Below the pieces are notes generated by a model. It was not told the origin of the DNA. It searched no databases and worked only from the letters and a program-made list of their open reading frames with translations. From an uncultured Gemmatimonadales bacterium (GTDB lineage Bacteria; Gemmatimonadota; Gemmatimonadetes; Longimicrobiales; RSA9): DNA of 64,000 nucleotides. Both the position numbers and the translations under genes were made by a program. The stretch covers positions 1,536,001 through 1,600,000 of the forward strand of contig CAWFKH010000003.1 in the NCBI GenBank assembly GCA_963816355.1, read 5' to 3'. Below are positions 28,495 to 38,248 of the stretch, piece by piece; position 1 is the stretch's first letter, and each line of letters opens with the position of its first letter.

Positions 28495-30162
28495 TCAGCG
28501 GTTTCCGCCCGGCGCCGCACCACCGTTGCCGATCGCCGCCCGCGGCAGCCGGATCCGGTCGGCGAGCGCGAAGACCGACTTCGGCGTCGTCGCGCGCTCG
28601 AGCACCTGCAGCGCCACCTTCACCTGCGGGTCCGCCGCGTTGAGGCGCTTGCGCAGGCCGAGCTGGCCCCACTTGTCACGCGCAATCTCGAGCGCGATGC
28701 GGTCGCCGATCGCCCCGCTCGCGGCATCGAACACGCCGCGCTCGATGTCGATCCCCTGCTTCTGCAACGCGCCGTAGAAGCCGTCGAGAAGCTGCGGCGT
28801 CACGGGGAAGCCGGGCTGCAGGCCGGGATGGTCGTGCGCGTAGCGGACCGCGTACGCGTAGAGCACGTCGAAGAACTTCGAACCGTACTTCTCCACGGCC
28901 CTGCCCAGCGCACGCTCGTCCACCGTCACCGTGTCGGAGGCCACCGTCAGGTCCGGCGTGATGCCACCGCCGCCGCGCACGCTGCGCCCCATGTCGGTGT
29001 GGTAGATGTGGGCCGCGGCCGTGTCGTTCTTCGCGACGTCCGCCGAATCCTCCCGGACGCTCGCGTCGGCGATGAGCACGTCCGGATGGTCGCTGTTGAA
29101 CGGCTTCTGAATCGATCTGCCGGACGGCGTATACCACCGCCCCGTCGTGAGCTTCAGCACGTTGCCGCCCGAGAGCTGATAGATCGTCTGCACCGAGCCC
29201 TTCCCGTACGTCGTCTGGCCCACGATCAGCGCCCGGTCGTGATCCTGCAGCGCGCCCGAGAAGATCTCCGCCGCCGACGCGCTGAACGGATTCACCAGCA
29301 GCACGAGCGGCAGGTCCGGGTAGCGGTCCGCCGTCTCGGCGAGGAAGCGCTGATTCATCGTGCGGACGCGGCTGCGCGTCTCCACCACCGTCTTGCCCCG
29401 CTCCAGGAAGAGGTCCGATAGCGAAACGCCCTGCTCGAGCAGCCCGCCCGGATTGTTGCGCAGGTCGATCACCAGCGCCTTCATCCCCTTCGTCTTCAGC
29501 TTCTCGATGGCCTCGCGCATCTCGTCCGTGGAGCTCTGCGCGAACACGGTCAGGTCGAGGTAGCCCACCCGGTCGTTCAGCATATACGACGTGGGCACGG
29601 ACTGGACGTGCACCTCCTGCCGCACGATGTGGAACGGGATCGGCTGGTCCCCTCCGACGCGCGCCACCTTGATGTCGACGGGCGCGCCGACCGCGCCGCG
29701 CAGGCGGCCGACGGCGTCGTCGATCGTCCAGCCCCGCGTCGACTCGCCGTCCACCTGGATGATGCGGTCGCCCGCCTGCAGCCCCGCCTTCTCCGCCGGC
29801 GTGCCCGGCAGCGGCGAGATCACCGTCACCCAGCCGTCCCGTACGTCGACCTCGATGCCGAGACCGCCGTACTGGCCCTCCGTCTGGATGCGGAGCTTCT
29901 CGTAGTCCGACGGCGTCATGAACGCGGTGTGCGGATCGCCCAGCTCCTGGATCATCCCGTCGATCGCCATCCGATACAGGTCGGAAGGCTGCTTCGCTTC
30001 CACGAAGTCGTCCGAGATGCGGTGCAGCACCTCCTCGAAGAGGCGCGCCTGCATGTAGACGTTCTGCTCGGGCTTCGCCCCCCGCTGCAGGAACCACCCG
30101 CCCGTCATCAGACCGATCGCCCCGACGACGAGGGGTGCGACGAGTGTCCGCTTGATCCTCAT
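28495..30162 (-). CDS. ctpA: Carboxyl-terminal processing protease (S41A, PDZ)
   Basis: N-terminal TM/signal, GLGI PDZ loop, DLRNNPGG, SASAAE and GKGSVQ motifs. Confidence 0.93.
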   Translation of the reverse strand: MRIKRTLVAPLVVGAIGLMTGGWFLQRGAKPEQNVYMQARLFEEVLHRISDDFVEAKQPSDLYRMAIDGMIQELGDPHTAFMTPSDYEKLRIQTEGQYGGLGIEVDVRDGWVTVISPLPGTPAEKAGLQAGDRIIQVDGESTRGWTIDDAVGRLRGAVGAPVDIKVARVGGDQPIPFHIVRQEVHVQSVPTSYMLNDRVGYLDLTVFAQSSTDEMREAIEKLKTKGMKALVIDLRNNPGGLLEQGVSLSDLFLERGKTVVETRSRVRTMNQRFLAETADRYPDLPLVLLVNPFSASAAEIFSGALQDHDRALIVGQTTYGKGSVQTIYQLSGGNVLKLTTGRWYTPSGRSIQKPFNSDHPDVLIADASVREDSADVAKNDTAAAHIYHTDMGRSVRGGGGITPDLTVASDTVTVDERALGRAVEKYGSKFFDVLYAYAVRYAHDHPGLQPGFPVTPQLLDGFYGALQKQGIDIERGVFDAASGAIGDRIALEIARDKWGQLGLRKRLNAADPQVKVALQVLERATTPKSVFALADRIRLPRAAIGNGGAAPGGNR

Positions 30163-30315
30163 CCGACCTCCACGAATGCGCCGGCCGCACGCCGCTTCGA
30201 GCGGGGCGGCCGTTCCGCGATCCCTTCACAGACCCTGGGCGACGGGATTTGTTTCAGACGTGCCGCTCCCCGCCGACGCGCTGTGCGAGGCGCAAGGCGT
30301 ATGCCTCCCCAGCGC

Positions 30316-31629
30316 CTACTCGTAATACTCGAGGCCGAGGTGCGTGATCTGCTCCTCGCCCCGCAGGTGTCGCAGCGTGTTCTTCAGCTTGATGTGCTGG
30401 ATGAAGAGATCGTGCTCGGGGTAGAGCTCGGGCGCGGTCATCGGGCTCTTGAAGTAGAAGGAGAGCCACTCCTGGACGCCGCTCATGCCGGTGCGGCCGG
30501 CGAGGTCCATGAACAGGGCGAGGTCGAGCACGATCGGCGCGGCGAGAATGGAGTCGCGGCAGAGGAAGTCGATCTTGATCTGCATCGGGTAACCCATCCA
30601 CCCGAAGATGTCCAGATTGTCCCACCCCTCCTTGTTGTCGCCCCGCGGAGGGTAGTAGTTGATGCGCACCTTGTGGTAGACGTCGCCGTAGAGGTCCGGA
30701 TAGAGGTCCGGCTGCAGGATGTAGTCGAGCACCCCCAGCTTCGACTCCTCCTTCGTCTTGAACGACATCGGGTCGTCCAGCACCTCGCCGTCCCGGTTCC
30801 CCAGGATGTTCGTGCTGAACCAGCCGCTCAGCCCCAGCATGCGCGCCTTCAGTCCGGGCGAGATGATCGTCTTGATCATCGTCTGGCCCGTCTTGAAGTC
30901 CTTGCCCGCGAGCGGAACGCGCTTCTGCCGCGCGAGCTCCCGGATCGCCGCGATGTCGACGGTCAGGTTGGGAGCGCCGTTCGCGAACGGAACACCCTCC
31001 ATGAGCGCCGCGTAGGCGTACACCATCGAGGGCGCGATCGCGGGCGAATTCGCCTTCATCGCCGCCTCGAACGCCTCCAGCGACGCGTGCTCCGGCCCCG
31101 CCTTCATGAAGATCTCCGTCGAGCCGCACCACACCATCACGAGACGCGCGCACTCCTGCTCCGCCTTGAAGCGCCGGATGTCCTCCCGGAGCTGCTCGGC
31201 GAGCTCCATCTTGTCGGCGCCCTTCTTGACGTTCTCGCCGTGGATCCGCTTGACGTACTCCGGGTCGAAGACGGCGGGCATCGGGCGGATCTGGCGCAGG
31301 AAGTCCGCGAGCGGCTCGACGTCGTCCCGGTCCAGGACGCGCGCCTTCAGCGCGCTGTCGTAGGCATCGTCGGGGATCGGGTCCCAGGCGCCGAAGACGA
31401 GCTGGTCCAGCTCCGCGAGCGGAACGAACTCCTTGATCTTCGGCTGCCGGTTCTCCGTCCTCTTGCCGAGGCGGATGTTGCCCATCTGCGTCAGCGAGCC
31501 GATCGGCTTCGCGCGGCCGCGGCGGATCGCCTCCACCCCCGCCACGAAGGTCGTGGCCACGGCGCCGAGGCCCACGAGCAGGACGCCGAGCCGCCCGTCG
31601 GCCGGCTGGATATCACGTGCGTTCGTCAA
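30316..31629 (-). CDS. ino1: myo-inositol-1-phosphate synthase
   Basis: GLGAVAT, GKDFKTGQT, NILGNRDG, GDNKE and RDSILAAP motifs; TTG start with GAGG RBS. Confidence 0.93.
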   Translation of the reverse strand: MTNARDIQPADGRLGVLLVGLGAVATTFVAGVEAIRRGRAKPIGSLTQMGNIRLGKRTENRQPKIKEFVPLAELDQLVFGAWDPIPDDAYDSALKARVLDRDDVEPLADFLRQIRPMPAVFDPEYVKRIHGENVKKGADKMELAEQLREDIRRFKAEQECARLVMVWCGSTEIFMKAGPEHASLEAFEAAMKANSPAIAPSMVYAYAALMEGVPFANGAPNLTVDIAAIRELARQKRVPLAGKDFKTGQTMIKTIISPGLKARMLGLSGWFSTNILGNRDGEVLDDPMSFKTKEESKLGVLDYILQPDLYPDLYGDVYHKVRINYYPPRGDNKEGWDNLDIFGWMGYPMQIKIDFLCRDSILAAPIVLDLALFMDLAGRTGMSGVQEWLSFYFKSPMTAPELYPEHDLFIQHIKLKNTLRHLRGEEQITHLGLEYYE

Positions 31630-32293
31630 TGCGTTCCTCGTTCGTTGTCGCCGCCGCCGTCGCCGGCTCGTCGAGCGGCACGCCCGCGGCATGCTGATAG
31701 ACCCAGACGATGCGCTGGAACGCGGTGATGTTGGTCAGGACCGCGAGCACCACGATCGCGGCCTTCAGCACCAGGCCGTTCCAGTCTTCACCGAACAGGA
31801 GAGCGCTCACGCCGAGAAGCACCACGCGCTCGGCACGCGGCATCAGGCCGACGCGGCAATCGAGGCCGAGCGTCTCGGCGCGGGCCCGAGTATAGCTCAC
31901 CATCAGGGACCCCGCCATGGCGAGCATGATGAGGTAGATCATCCCCACGTCGCCCAGCTCGACGCGGTAGTCGTTGTAGAGCGAAAGCAGCCCGAAATAG
32001 ACCGCGATCTCGCTGATCCGGTCGAGCGTCGAGTCGTAGAAAGCGCCGAACTTGCTGCCCAGCCCACTCAGCCGCGCGACGCGTCCGTCCAGGATGTCGA
32101 AGAGCCCGCCCAGCAGCATCAGGAAGCCCGCCGAGCGGACGTGGTGTTCGTGGAAGAAGAGCGCGCTCGTCAGCGTTACGCCGACGCCCACGCTCGTCAG
32201 CAGGTTCGGGTGCACCCGCCGGCGCACCAGGGCGTCCGTGAGCGGGTCGAGCGTTCGATACGCCCACCCCCGCAGCGACTCGAGTGACACCAA
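31613..32293 (-). CDS. CDP-alcohol phosphatidyltransferase (probable phosphatidylinositol-phosphate synthase)
   Basis: DILDGRVAR...GAFYDSTLDR signature; SYTRARAE and RAER motifs typical of the PIPS/PgsA1 group; overlaps ino1. Confidence 0.9.
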   Translation of the reverse strand: MVSLESLRGWAYRTLDPLTDALVRRRVHPNLLTSVGVGVTLTSALFFHEHHVRSAGFLMLLGGLFDILDGRVARLSGLGSKFGAFYDSTLDRISEIAVYFGLLSLYNDYRVELGDVGMIYLIMLAMAGSLMVSYTRARAETLGLDCRVGLMPRAERVVLLGVSALLFGEDWNGLVLKAAIVVLAVLTNITAFQRIVWVYQHAAGVPLDEPATAAATTNEERIDERT

Positions 32294-32302
32294 GGCCGAA
32301 CC

Positions 32303-32665
32303 TCAGGAAGGCAGGATGATCCTCGACTGCGACCCCGACTCCATGCCCTTCGTGATCTCCTCGTTCACGCGCGCGAGCAGCTTCTCGAAATTGCTCTGCG
32401 CCGCGATGAGACCCTGATACGCCGCGTGCGACTGCAGCTCCGCGAACCGCTCCTCGTACGCCTGCTGCGACGCCGCCTCCGGCGCCTCCCCCCGCTGCAG
32501 CGCGCGGCCGATCTCCGCTTCCAGGTCCGCCAGTCCGTTGAGCAGCGTGACGACGTCGCGGTCCTCGTTCACCCGCTGCCGCGCACGCTTCAAGGCGGCG
32601 TACTCGTCCGTCTGGCCGAGCATCCGACCGAGTTCCGCCGCCCTTTCCTGGATCCTCTCATTCAT
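32303..32665 (-). CDS. YlbF/YmcA (Com_YlbF)-like helical protein
   Basis: AAELGRMLGQTDEY...AYQGLIAAQ...LLARVNEEI pattern. Confidence 0.75.
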   Translation of the reverse strand: MNERIQERAAELGRMLGQTDEYAALKRARQRVNEDRDVVTLLNGLADLEAEIGRALQRGEAPEAASQQAYEERFAELQSHAAYQGLIAAQSNFEKLLARVNEEITKGMESGSQSRIILPS

Positions 32666-33572
32666 TCCGTCTCTCTTCCGATTTCGCAATACGCATCGTA
32701 GCGAGCACCACTCGCTCCCGGCCCGTCAGGTCCGCGAGCACGCGCACGCTCCCGTACCCCCCGTGCCCGGCGATAGAGCCGGCGACGTCGCGCGCCTGCG
32801 TCGCGCCGACCTCCAACGCGAGCAAGCCGCCCGGCCGCAGGTGCGAGGCGGCTCCCGCCACCAGGGCATCGATCACGTCGCGCCCGGCCCGCCCCGCGAA
32901 CAGCGCCTGCTCCGGCTCCCACTCCCGCACCTCGGGCGCGAGCGCCTCCCGCTCCGCCTCCGCGATGTAGGGTGGATTCGAAACCACCGCGTCGAAGCGC
33001 TCGTCCGCTTCGAGGGGCTCGAAGAGCGCGCCTTGCCGCAGCTCGACCCACTCGTCCACGCCGCAGGCGGCGACGTTCTCCGCGGCGAGCGACAGCGCGT
33101 CGGCGGAATCGTCCGTGGCCACCACCGAGGCGAACCCGCCTTCCGCCACCAGCGATATCGCGATCGCGCCCGTGCCGGTTCCCACGTCCAGCGCGCGCAG
33201 CCCCTCCGCGTCCGCCGCATCCCTGACGGCGGCGGCGGCGCGCGCCCATTCCAGGACCGCCCCGACGAGGACCTCCGTCTCCGGCCGCGGAATCAGCGCC
33301 CGGCGGTCCACCTTCAACTTCACCTCGCGGAACTCCGCCTCCCCGACCACGTACTGGAGCGGCTCGCGGCGCAGGCGACGCCGCAGCGCGTCCCGATAGC
33401 GCTCCACTTCCGCCTCCGTGAGCGGCCGCTCGAACTGGAGATAGAGGTCGAGCCGACGGCAGCCGAGGACCGCGGCGAGCAGGAGCTCCGACTCAAGTCG
33501 CGCGTCTTCAACGCCCGCGCGCCCGAGCCGCTCCGCGGCGAGCCGGGAGAGCTCCAGCGGCGTGTGCTCCAC
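32658..33572 (-). CDS. prmC: Release factor glutamine methyltransferase
   Basis: EPLQY, LIPRPETE, LDVGTGTG and SNPPY motifs; follows prfA. Confidence 0.95.
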   Translation of the reverse strand: MEHTPLELSRLAAERLGRAGVEDARLESELLLAAVLGCRRLDLYLQFERPLTEAEVERYRDALRRRLRREPLQYVVGEAEFREVKLKVDRRALIPRPETEVLVGAVLEWARAAAAVRDAADAEGLRALDVGTGTGAIAISLVAEGGFASVVATDDSADALSLAAENVAACGVDEWVELRQGALFEPLEADERFDAVVSNPPYIAEAEREALAPEVREWEPEQALFAGRAGRDVIDALVAGAASHLRPGGLLALEVGATQARDVAGSIAGHGGYGSVRVLADLTGRERVVLATMRIAKSEERRNE

Positions 33573-33574
33573 CC

Positions 33575-34654
33575 TCAGACGCTCGCCGCCGCTTCCAGCC
33601 GCTCCGCCTCGCGCGCCTCCTTCAACGCCCCGATCAGCTCGTCGAGGTCGCCATCGAGGATCGCGCCGAGGCGGTAGAGCGTCAGGTTGATGCGGTGGTC
33701 GGTGACGCGACCCTGCGGGAAATTGTACGTCCGGATCTTCGCCGAGCGGTCCCCCGTTCCCACCTGCATCCTCCGCTCCCTCGCGCGCGCCGCTTCGTGC
33801 TCGGCGATCTTCGCGTCGAGCAGCCGGCTGCGCAGCACGCGCAGCGCCTTCGACTTGTTCTTGTGCTGCGACTTGTCGTCCTGGCAGCTTACGACGATGC
33901 CCGTCGGCACGTGCGTCACGCGCACCGCCGAGTCGGTCGTGTTCACCGATTGGCCGCCCGGACCGGAGGAGCGGAAGACGTCGATGCGCAGATCCTCGTC
34001 ACGAATCTCGACATCCACGTCCTCCGCTTCCGGCAGCACGGCTACGGTCGCGGCAGACGTGTGGATCCGGCCCTGACTCTCCGTCTCCGGAACCCGCTGC
34101 ACCCGGTGTACTCCCGACTCGTGGCGCAGGTCGCCGAACGCATCGCGCCCGCTCACCATGAAGACGACCTCCTTGAAGCCCCCCATCTCCCCCTCCGAGA
34201 GCTCCATCGTCTCCACGTGCCAGCCCCGCTTCTCGGCATGCCGCGTGTACATGCGGTGGAGGTCCCCGGCGAAGAGCGCTGCCTCCGCTCCGCCCGTGCC
34301 CGCCCGGATCTCCACCACCGCCGCACGGTCGGCGAGCGGGTCACGCGGAATCAGACGACGTCGCAACTGCTCCGCAAGGCGCTCCTCCTCCTCCTCCAGC
34401 CGGGCCACCTCCGCGCGCGCCATCTCCACCAGCTCCGCGTCCTCGCCCGCCTCCAGCACCTCGTGCGCGCCGCTCAGCTCCTCGCGCACCGCGCTCAATC
34501 GGGCCGCCAGGTCCGCGGCGGGCGCCAGCTCCGAGTGCTCCTGCGCCACCCGCCGGAGCTCCGCAGGGTCACCGATCACCGCCGGATCCGCCAGCCTGCG
34601 GTTCAACTCCTCCTGCCGCCGCAGGATCTCGCGAAGGCGTTCCGCCGCTAGCAT
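33575..34654 (-). CDS. prfA: Peptide chain release factor 1
   Basis: GGQ motif, PET (PxT) specificity motif and [10 protein letters not shown]. Confidence 0.96.
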   Translation of the reverse strand: MLAAERLREILRRQEELNRRLADPAVIGDPAELRRVAQEHSELAPAADLAARLSAVREELSGAHEVLEAGEDAELVEMARAEVARLEEEEERLAEQLRRRLIPRDPLADRAAVVEIRAGTGGAEAALFAGDLHRMYTRHAEKRGWHVETMELSEGEMGGFKEVVFMVSGRDAFGDLRHESGVHRVQRVPETESQGRIHTSAATVAVLPEAEDVDVEIRDEDLRIDVFRSSGPGGQSVNTTDSAVRVTHVPTGIVVSCQDDKSQHKNKSKALRVLRSRLLDAKIAEHEAARARERRMQVGTGDRSAKIRTYNFPQGRVTDHRINLTLYRLGAILDGDLDELIGALKEAREAERLEAAASV

Positions 34655-34676
34655 GCCGCCCTTGCACCGTGGACAA

Positions 34677-34710
34677 AGAAAGAGAGCCGGGGTCCGCCCC
34701 GGCTCTCTCT
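34677..34710 (-). terminator. Hairpin / probable terminator between rpmE and prfA
   Basis: Plus strand AGAGAGCCGGGG-TCCG-CCCCGGCTCTCT; followed by TTCTTT on the minus strand. Confidence 0.7.
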
Positions 34711-34711
34711 C

Positions 34712-34930
34712 TCACGCCTCGCCACCGCCCTCGCCGGTTCCATACTTCTGTCGGAACCGTTCAACGCGTCCGGCCGTGTCGACGATGCGCTGCTTGCCCG
34801 TGAAGAACGGATGACACACCGAGCAGATCTCGACGTGGATGTCCTCCTCGGTGCTGCGCGTCTCGAACGTGTTGCCGCACGCGCAGTGGACCGTAGCCGT
34901 CTGATACTCCGGATGAATCCCCTGCTTCAT
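34712..34930 (-). CDS. rpmE: 50S ribosomal protein L31 (zinc-binding type)
   Basis: MKQGIHPEY...CACG...[10 protein letters not shown]...GRVERF. Confidence 0.97.
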   Translation of the reverse strand: MKQGIHPEYQTATVHCACGNTFETRSTEEDIHVEICSVCHPFFTGKQRIVDTAGRVERFRQKYGTGEGGGEA

Positions 34931-34984
34931 GGCCACAACCCCGTGCGAAAAAAAGAACGGCCCTCGCGGGCCTCAAACTGGTGG

Positions 34985-35013
34985 AGTATAGCGAGATAGC
35001 CCCGGAAGAGCAA
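34985..35013 (-). promoter_or_regulatory. sigma70 promoter of rpmE (TTGCTC-17-TATACT)
   Basis: Near-consensus boxes about 55 bp upstream of the ATG. Confidence 0.7.
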
Positions 35014-35014
35014 G

Positions 35015-35076
35015 CCCGCGCGATGCCCGGTAGCGGGTCCCGCGCGATGCCCGGTAGCGGGTCCCGCTCGATGCCC
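35015..35076. repeat. 24-bp tandem repeat (about 2.6 copies)
   Basis: CCCGCGCGATGCCCGGTAGCGGGT at 35015 and 35039, with a partial copy at 35063. Confidence 0.9.
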
Positions 35077-35132
35077 TCGAGCCGCCCGCAGACGCCCCCC
35101 GCCACGCCCGAACCACACCGGCCACACCGGCC

Positions 35133-36209
35133 TCAGGCGCCGGTCACCACCTCCACGCCGTCCCGCGCGGAGCGGTACGCCGCCGTGATCAGTTCCATGA
35201 GACGGACCTGCTCCTCCGGCAGCGGCGCGACGCGCGTACCCGCCATGACGCCCGCGAAATGGTCGAGCTGGTCCCGGTAGGTGCCGGTGTAAACGTTGGT
35301 GCGACCCGCCTCGAGCTGCGGTGTGACGTCGAGCAGCCCGTGCTCGACCTCCTTGTGGACGGCGAGCGGGGACAGCGAAGCGGAGCCACGCGAGCCGAGC
35401 AGGTGCAGGTACTGGCGGTCGCGCGCCGCGAGGAGGCTCCACGTCGCTTCGACCGACACGACGCAGCCACCCTCCAGCTCGACGAGCAGCGCCGCCGCGT
35501 CCTCTACCTCCATCCCCTCGCCGGGATGCGTGTGGCAGACGATGCGGCGGGGGGCCGGGTAGCCGAGCACCCAGAGCGCGAGATCGAGCATCTGCAGCCC
35601 GAGATCCATCAGCGCGCCGCCCCCGGACGTCGCCAACCGGTGCCGCCACGTGGGACGGATGACGCGCACCTTGCGGTTCATCTGCCCGCTCTTGACGAGG
35701 AACAGCTCGCCCAGCTCGCCGTTGCCGGCGAACACCTTGAGCGCGCGGCAGTCCGCACGGTAGCGGTTGTTGAGCGCGACCATCACGGAGCGGTCCGCCA
35801 CCTCGGCGGCCCGCAGCACGCGCTCGACGCCGGCCGGCGTGAGGGCGAGCGGCTTCTCGACCAGTACGTGCTTGCCGGCGTCGAGCCCCGCGATCACCTG
35901 CTCCTCGTGCAGGTGGCTCGGCGAGCAGATGATGATCCCATCCACGTCCGGATCGTCGAAGACGTCGGCGTCGCTCTCGTAGACGCGCGGGATGCCGAAG
36001 CGAGCGGCGATGGCGCGCGCCTTCTGACGGTCGATGTCGCACACGCCGTGGACGCTCACGCCCGGCATCTGACTGAGGGTGGGCAGGTGCACGACCTGCG
36101 CGATGGCGCCGGTTCCGAGCACGGCGAGGCGCACCGCGTCGGCGTCCTTGGCACCGGCTTCAGGCGGCGCGCCGTCGGGCGCACCGGCGAGCGGCGCGTC
36201 GGCGCTCAC
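35133..36209 (-). CDS. Gfo/Idh/MocA family oxidoreductase
   Basis: GTGAIA Rossmann motif, HVLVEKP and GGGALMDLG. Confidence 0.9.
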   Translation of the reverse strand: MSADAPLAGAPDGAPPEAGAKDADAVRLAVLGTGAIAQVVHLPTLSQMPGVSVHGVCDIDRQKARAIAARFGIPRVYESDADVFDDPDVDGIIICSPSHLHEEQVIAGLDAGKHVLVEKPLALTPAGVERVLRAAEVADRSVMVALNNRYRADCRALKVFAGNGELGELFLVKSGQMNRKVRVIRPTWRHRLATSGGGALMDLGLQMLDLALWVLGYPAPRRIVCHTHPGEGMEVEDAAALLVELEGGCVVSVEATWSLLAARDRQYLHLLGSRGSASLSPLAVHKEVEHGLLDVTPQLEAGRTNVYTGTYRDQLDHFAGVMAGTRVAPLPEEQVRLMELITAAYRSARDGVEVVTGA

Positions 36210-36928
36210 CGGTGCGTCCCCGCGGCGGCGCCGCCCGAGCCGCTCGTGCCGCGCGGAGGCAGCATCAGCGTGAATCCCACGCGAACGCCCGGATAGTGGA
36301 GGTCGGTCATCAGCGTGTAGTCCGCCTCGGCCGAGAGCCGCAGCCGCTCGATCAAGGGGTATTCGAGCCCCACGACGGCTCCGGCGGAGGGCGAGATCGA
36401 GTCGAGCAGGTCCTCGACGAAGGTGTTGTCGATCGCCGGTCCCTGGCCGTTGAGCGCGTGCAGCCCGAGCCGCAGCCCGACGTAGGGATAGAGCTCGACC
36501 GGCGTGCGCCAGACGTAGTCGGCGGCGACGTCGAGGTTGAGGTCGCTCCAGTCGATCGGGGCCAGCTCCTCGCCGCTCACGCTCACGCCGCGTCCCTGCA
36601 GCGCCGGCAGCCTGTCGAGCTGGCGCGCGAGCCGGTCGAGCTCGCCCGGCTTCATCCGCGAGCTCCAGTATCCGATGCCGGCCGCGATCCGCACGCCGGG
36701 TCCGAGGAACCCCAGGTCGAGCGTCAGGTGATAGCTGTTGGTCGCCTCGACCTTGCTCGGCCAGACGTAGCCGAGGTCCACGCCGACGCCGCGGAACGTC
36801 AGGTTCTCGTAGTCGTAGTCCGCGAGCCCCTGCGCTCGCGCGGGCGTCGCGCCGCCGAGCGTCAGCACCGAGGACGCGAGCACGAGAACGAGCGCGCGCG
36901 TTGCAAGGCCGATCCCCTCTCCCCTCAC
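36206..36928 (-). CDS. Exported protein, probable small outer-membrane beta-barrel
   Basis: Signal peptide ending ARA; alternating beta-strands (YPYVGLRLGLH, AVVGLEY, VRVGFTL). Confidence 0.65.
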   Translation of the reverse strand: MRGEGIGLATRALVLVLASSVLTLGGATPARAQGLADYDYENLTFRGVGVDLGYVWPSKVEATNSYHLTLDLGFLGPGVRIAAGIGYWSSRMKPGELDRLARQLDRLPALQGRGVSVSGEELAPIDWSDLNLDVAADYVWRTPVELYPYVGLRLGLHALNGQGPAIDNTFVEDLLDSISPSAGAVVGLEYPLIERLRLSAEADYTLMTDLHYPGVRVGFTLMLPPRGTSGSGGAAAGTHR

Positions 36929-36943
36929 GAGTCCCCCGGGCTT

Positions 36944-38248
36944 TCAGTAGAGTCGCGTGATGTCTGTTCCGGTATAGTACGCACGCAGGATCTCATGGTA
37001 GTCCTGCCCCGCCTTCGCCCGCCCGATCGCGCCCATCTGGCACATGCCGATGCCGTGACCCCAGCCGTGCCCGTCGACGCTCAGCCGCCGCACCCCCCCG
37101 TCCGAGCGCTCCTGCCGCAGGTCGAACAGGATGCTGTTCAGGATCCTGCCCTCTTCCGGCCTCAGGATCCAGCGGATGGAGTCGCCGTGGATCCGGTAGT
37201 GTCTGCCGCCCGCGTCGATGCCCAGCACGGCGACGCGCCCGGACGTGGTGCGCTCCTCGACGCTCAGCCGCTGGATCGCGCCCAGTTGCGCGGCCGGAAC
37301 GCGGAAGAACTGCGCCAGCATCTTCCCGACGATACGTTGCAGCGCCGCCCCCGTCCACTCCTCGTGCCAGTCGAAGCGGCTGGAGATGTCGCAGTAGTAC
37401 CCGCTGCCATCCGGCCTGGCGTCCGAGACCGACCGCAGGTACGGCTGCGGCGGGCGGTCCCACACTTCGTCGATCGCCGCCGTGTGGCCGCCGCACGTCG
37501 AGTGGTAGTAGGCGAGGATCGGGGCGCCGCCGTAGGTGACGATCTCCCCGCGCGTCTCGCGCACCGCGCGCGCCGCCATCGTGTCCTCGCGCGCGACCCC
37601 GCCGTACACCTGGTCGGCCACCGTCGCGTAGAAATCGAAGCCGAGCGTGGAGCGGCTGCCCATGTTGCCGACGGCATAGGTCCGCGCGGCGACCGCCTGC
37701 GCCTTCACCGCCTCCAGGGCGAGCGAGGGGATCTCGGACGGCACGACGCCGAGCAGATAGCCCTCCAGGTCGACCACGTTGACCGCCGACACGCGGCCGG
37801 AGTCCCGCGGCACGATCAGCGCCGTGCCGCGGTAGGGGCGCTCGCCCAGGCGCACGTGACCGCCGGCCGCCGGCCGCAGCACCAGCGGCCCCGCGACCGG
37901 TCCAACCTCGCGCCCGGCGTGGGAGCGACCGACGATGCGCCCCTCCGCGTCCTCCGTGAACACCCACCGCTCGCCGGCGGCCGATTCGCCGACCTCGCGG
38001 CCGTCGGCGGTCAACTGGAACGCGACGTCGGCCGTCGCCTCGATCGCGGTCGTATCCACCATGATCCCCACCCGCACCTGCGGCTCCTCGGCCGGCAGTG
38101 CCGGCGCCGACGGAACGCCGACGACCGGTCCGCCGGCCGGTCCGCCGGGCGGCGCCCGGTGCGCCGGACCCGCCGGGGCGCACGCGGCGAGGAGCAGCGC
38201 CAGCGCCGGCGGAGCGCCCCACGCCCCGCGTCGCCCGCGCCGGCTCAC
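36944..38248 (-). CDS. SpoIID/LytB family lytic transglycosylase lipoprotein
   Basis: Lipobox [34 protein letters not shown] and [10 protein letters not shown] motifs; GTG start 38248. Confidence 0.92.
   Translation of the reverse strand: MSRRGRRGAWGAPPALALLLAACAPAGPAHRAPPGGPAGGPVVGVPSAPALPAEEPQVRVGIMVDTTAIEATADVAFQLTADGREVGESAAGERWVFTEDAEGRIVGRSHAGREVGPVAGPLVLRPAAGGHVRLGERPYRGTALIVPRDSGRVSAVNVVDLEGYLLGVVPSEIPSLALEAVKAQAVAARTYAVGNMGSRSTLGFDFYATVADQVYGGVAREDTMAARAVRETRGEIVTYGGAPILAYYHSTCGGHTAAIDEVWDRPPQPYLRSVSDARPDGSGYYCDISSRFDWHEEWTGAALQRIVGKMLAQFFRVPAAQLGAIQRLSVEERTTSGRVAVLGIDAGGRHYRIHGDSIRWILRPEEGRILNSILFDLRQERSDGGVRRLSVDGHGWGHGIGMCQMGAIGRAKAGQDYHEILRAYYTGTDITRLY

Noticed and set aside
30163..30315. 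Intergenic gap as a tRNA, riboswitch or other ncRNA
   Set aside because: No cloverleaf or recognisable conserved RNA motif by eye. An Rfam/Infernal scan would be needed to exclude one.
33575..34654. Release factor as RF2 with a programmed frameshift
   Set aside because: The ORF is continuous, has the PxT motif and lies next to prmC, so it is RF1.
35015..35076. 24-bp repeats as a mini-CRISPR array
   Set aside because: The copies are directly adjacent with no spacers, and no cas genes are present.
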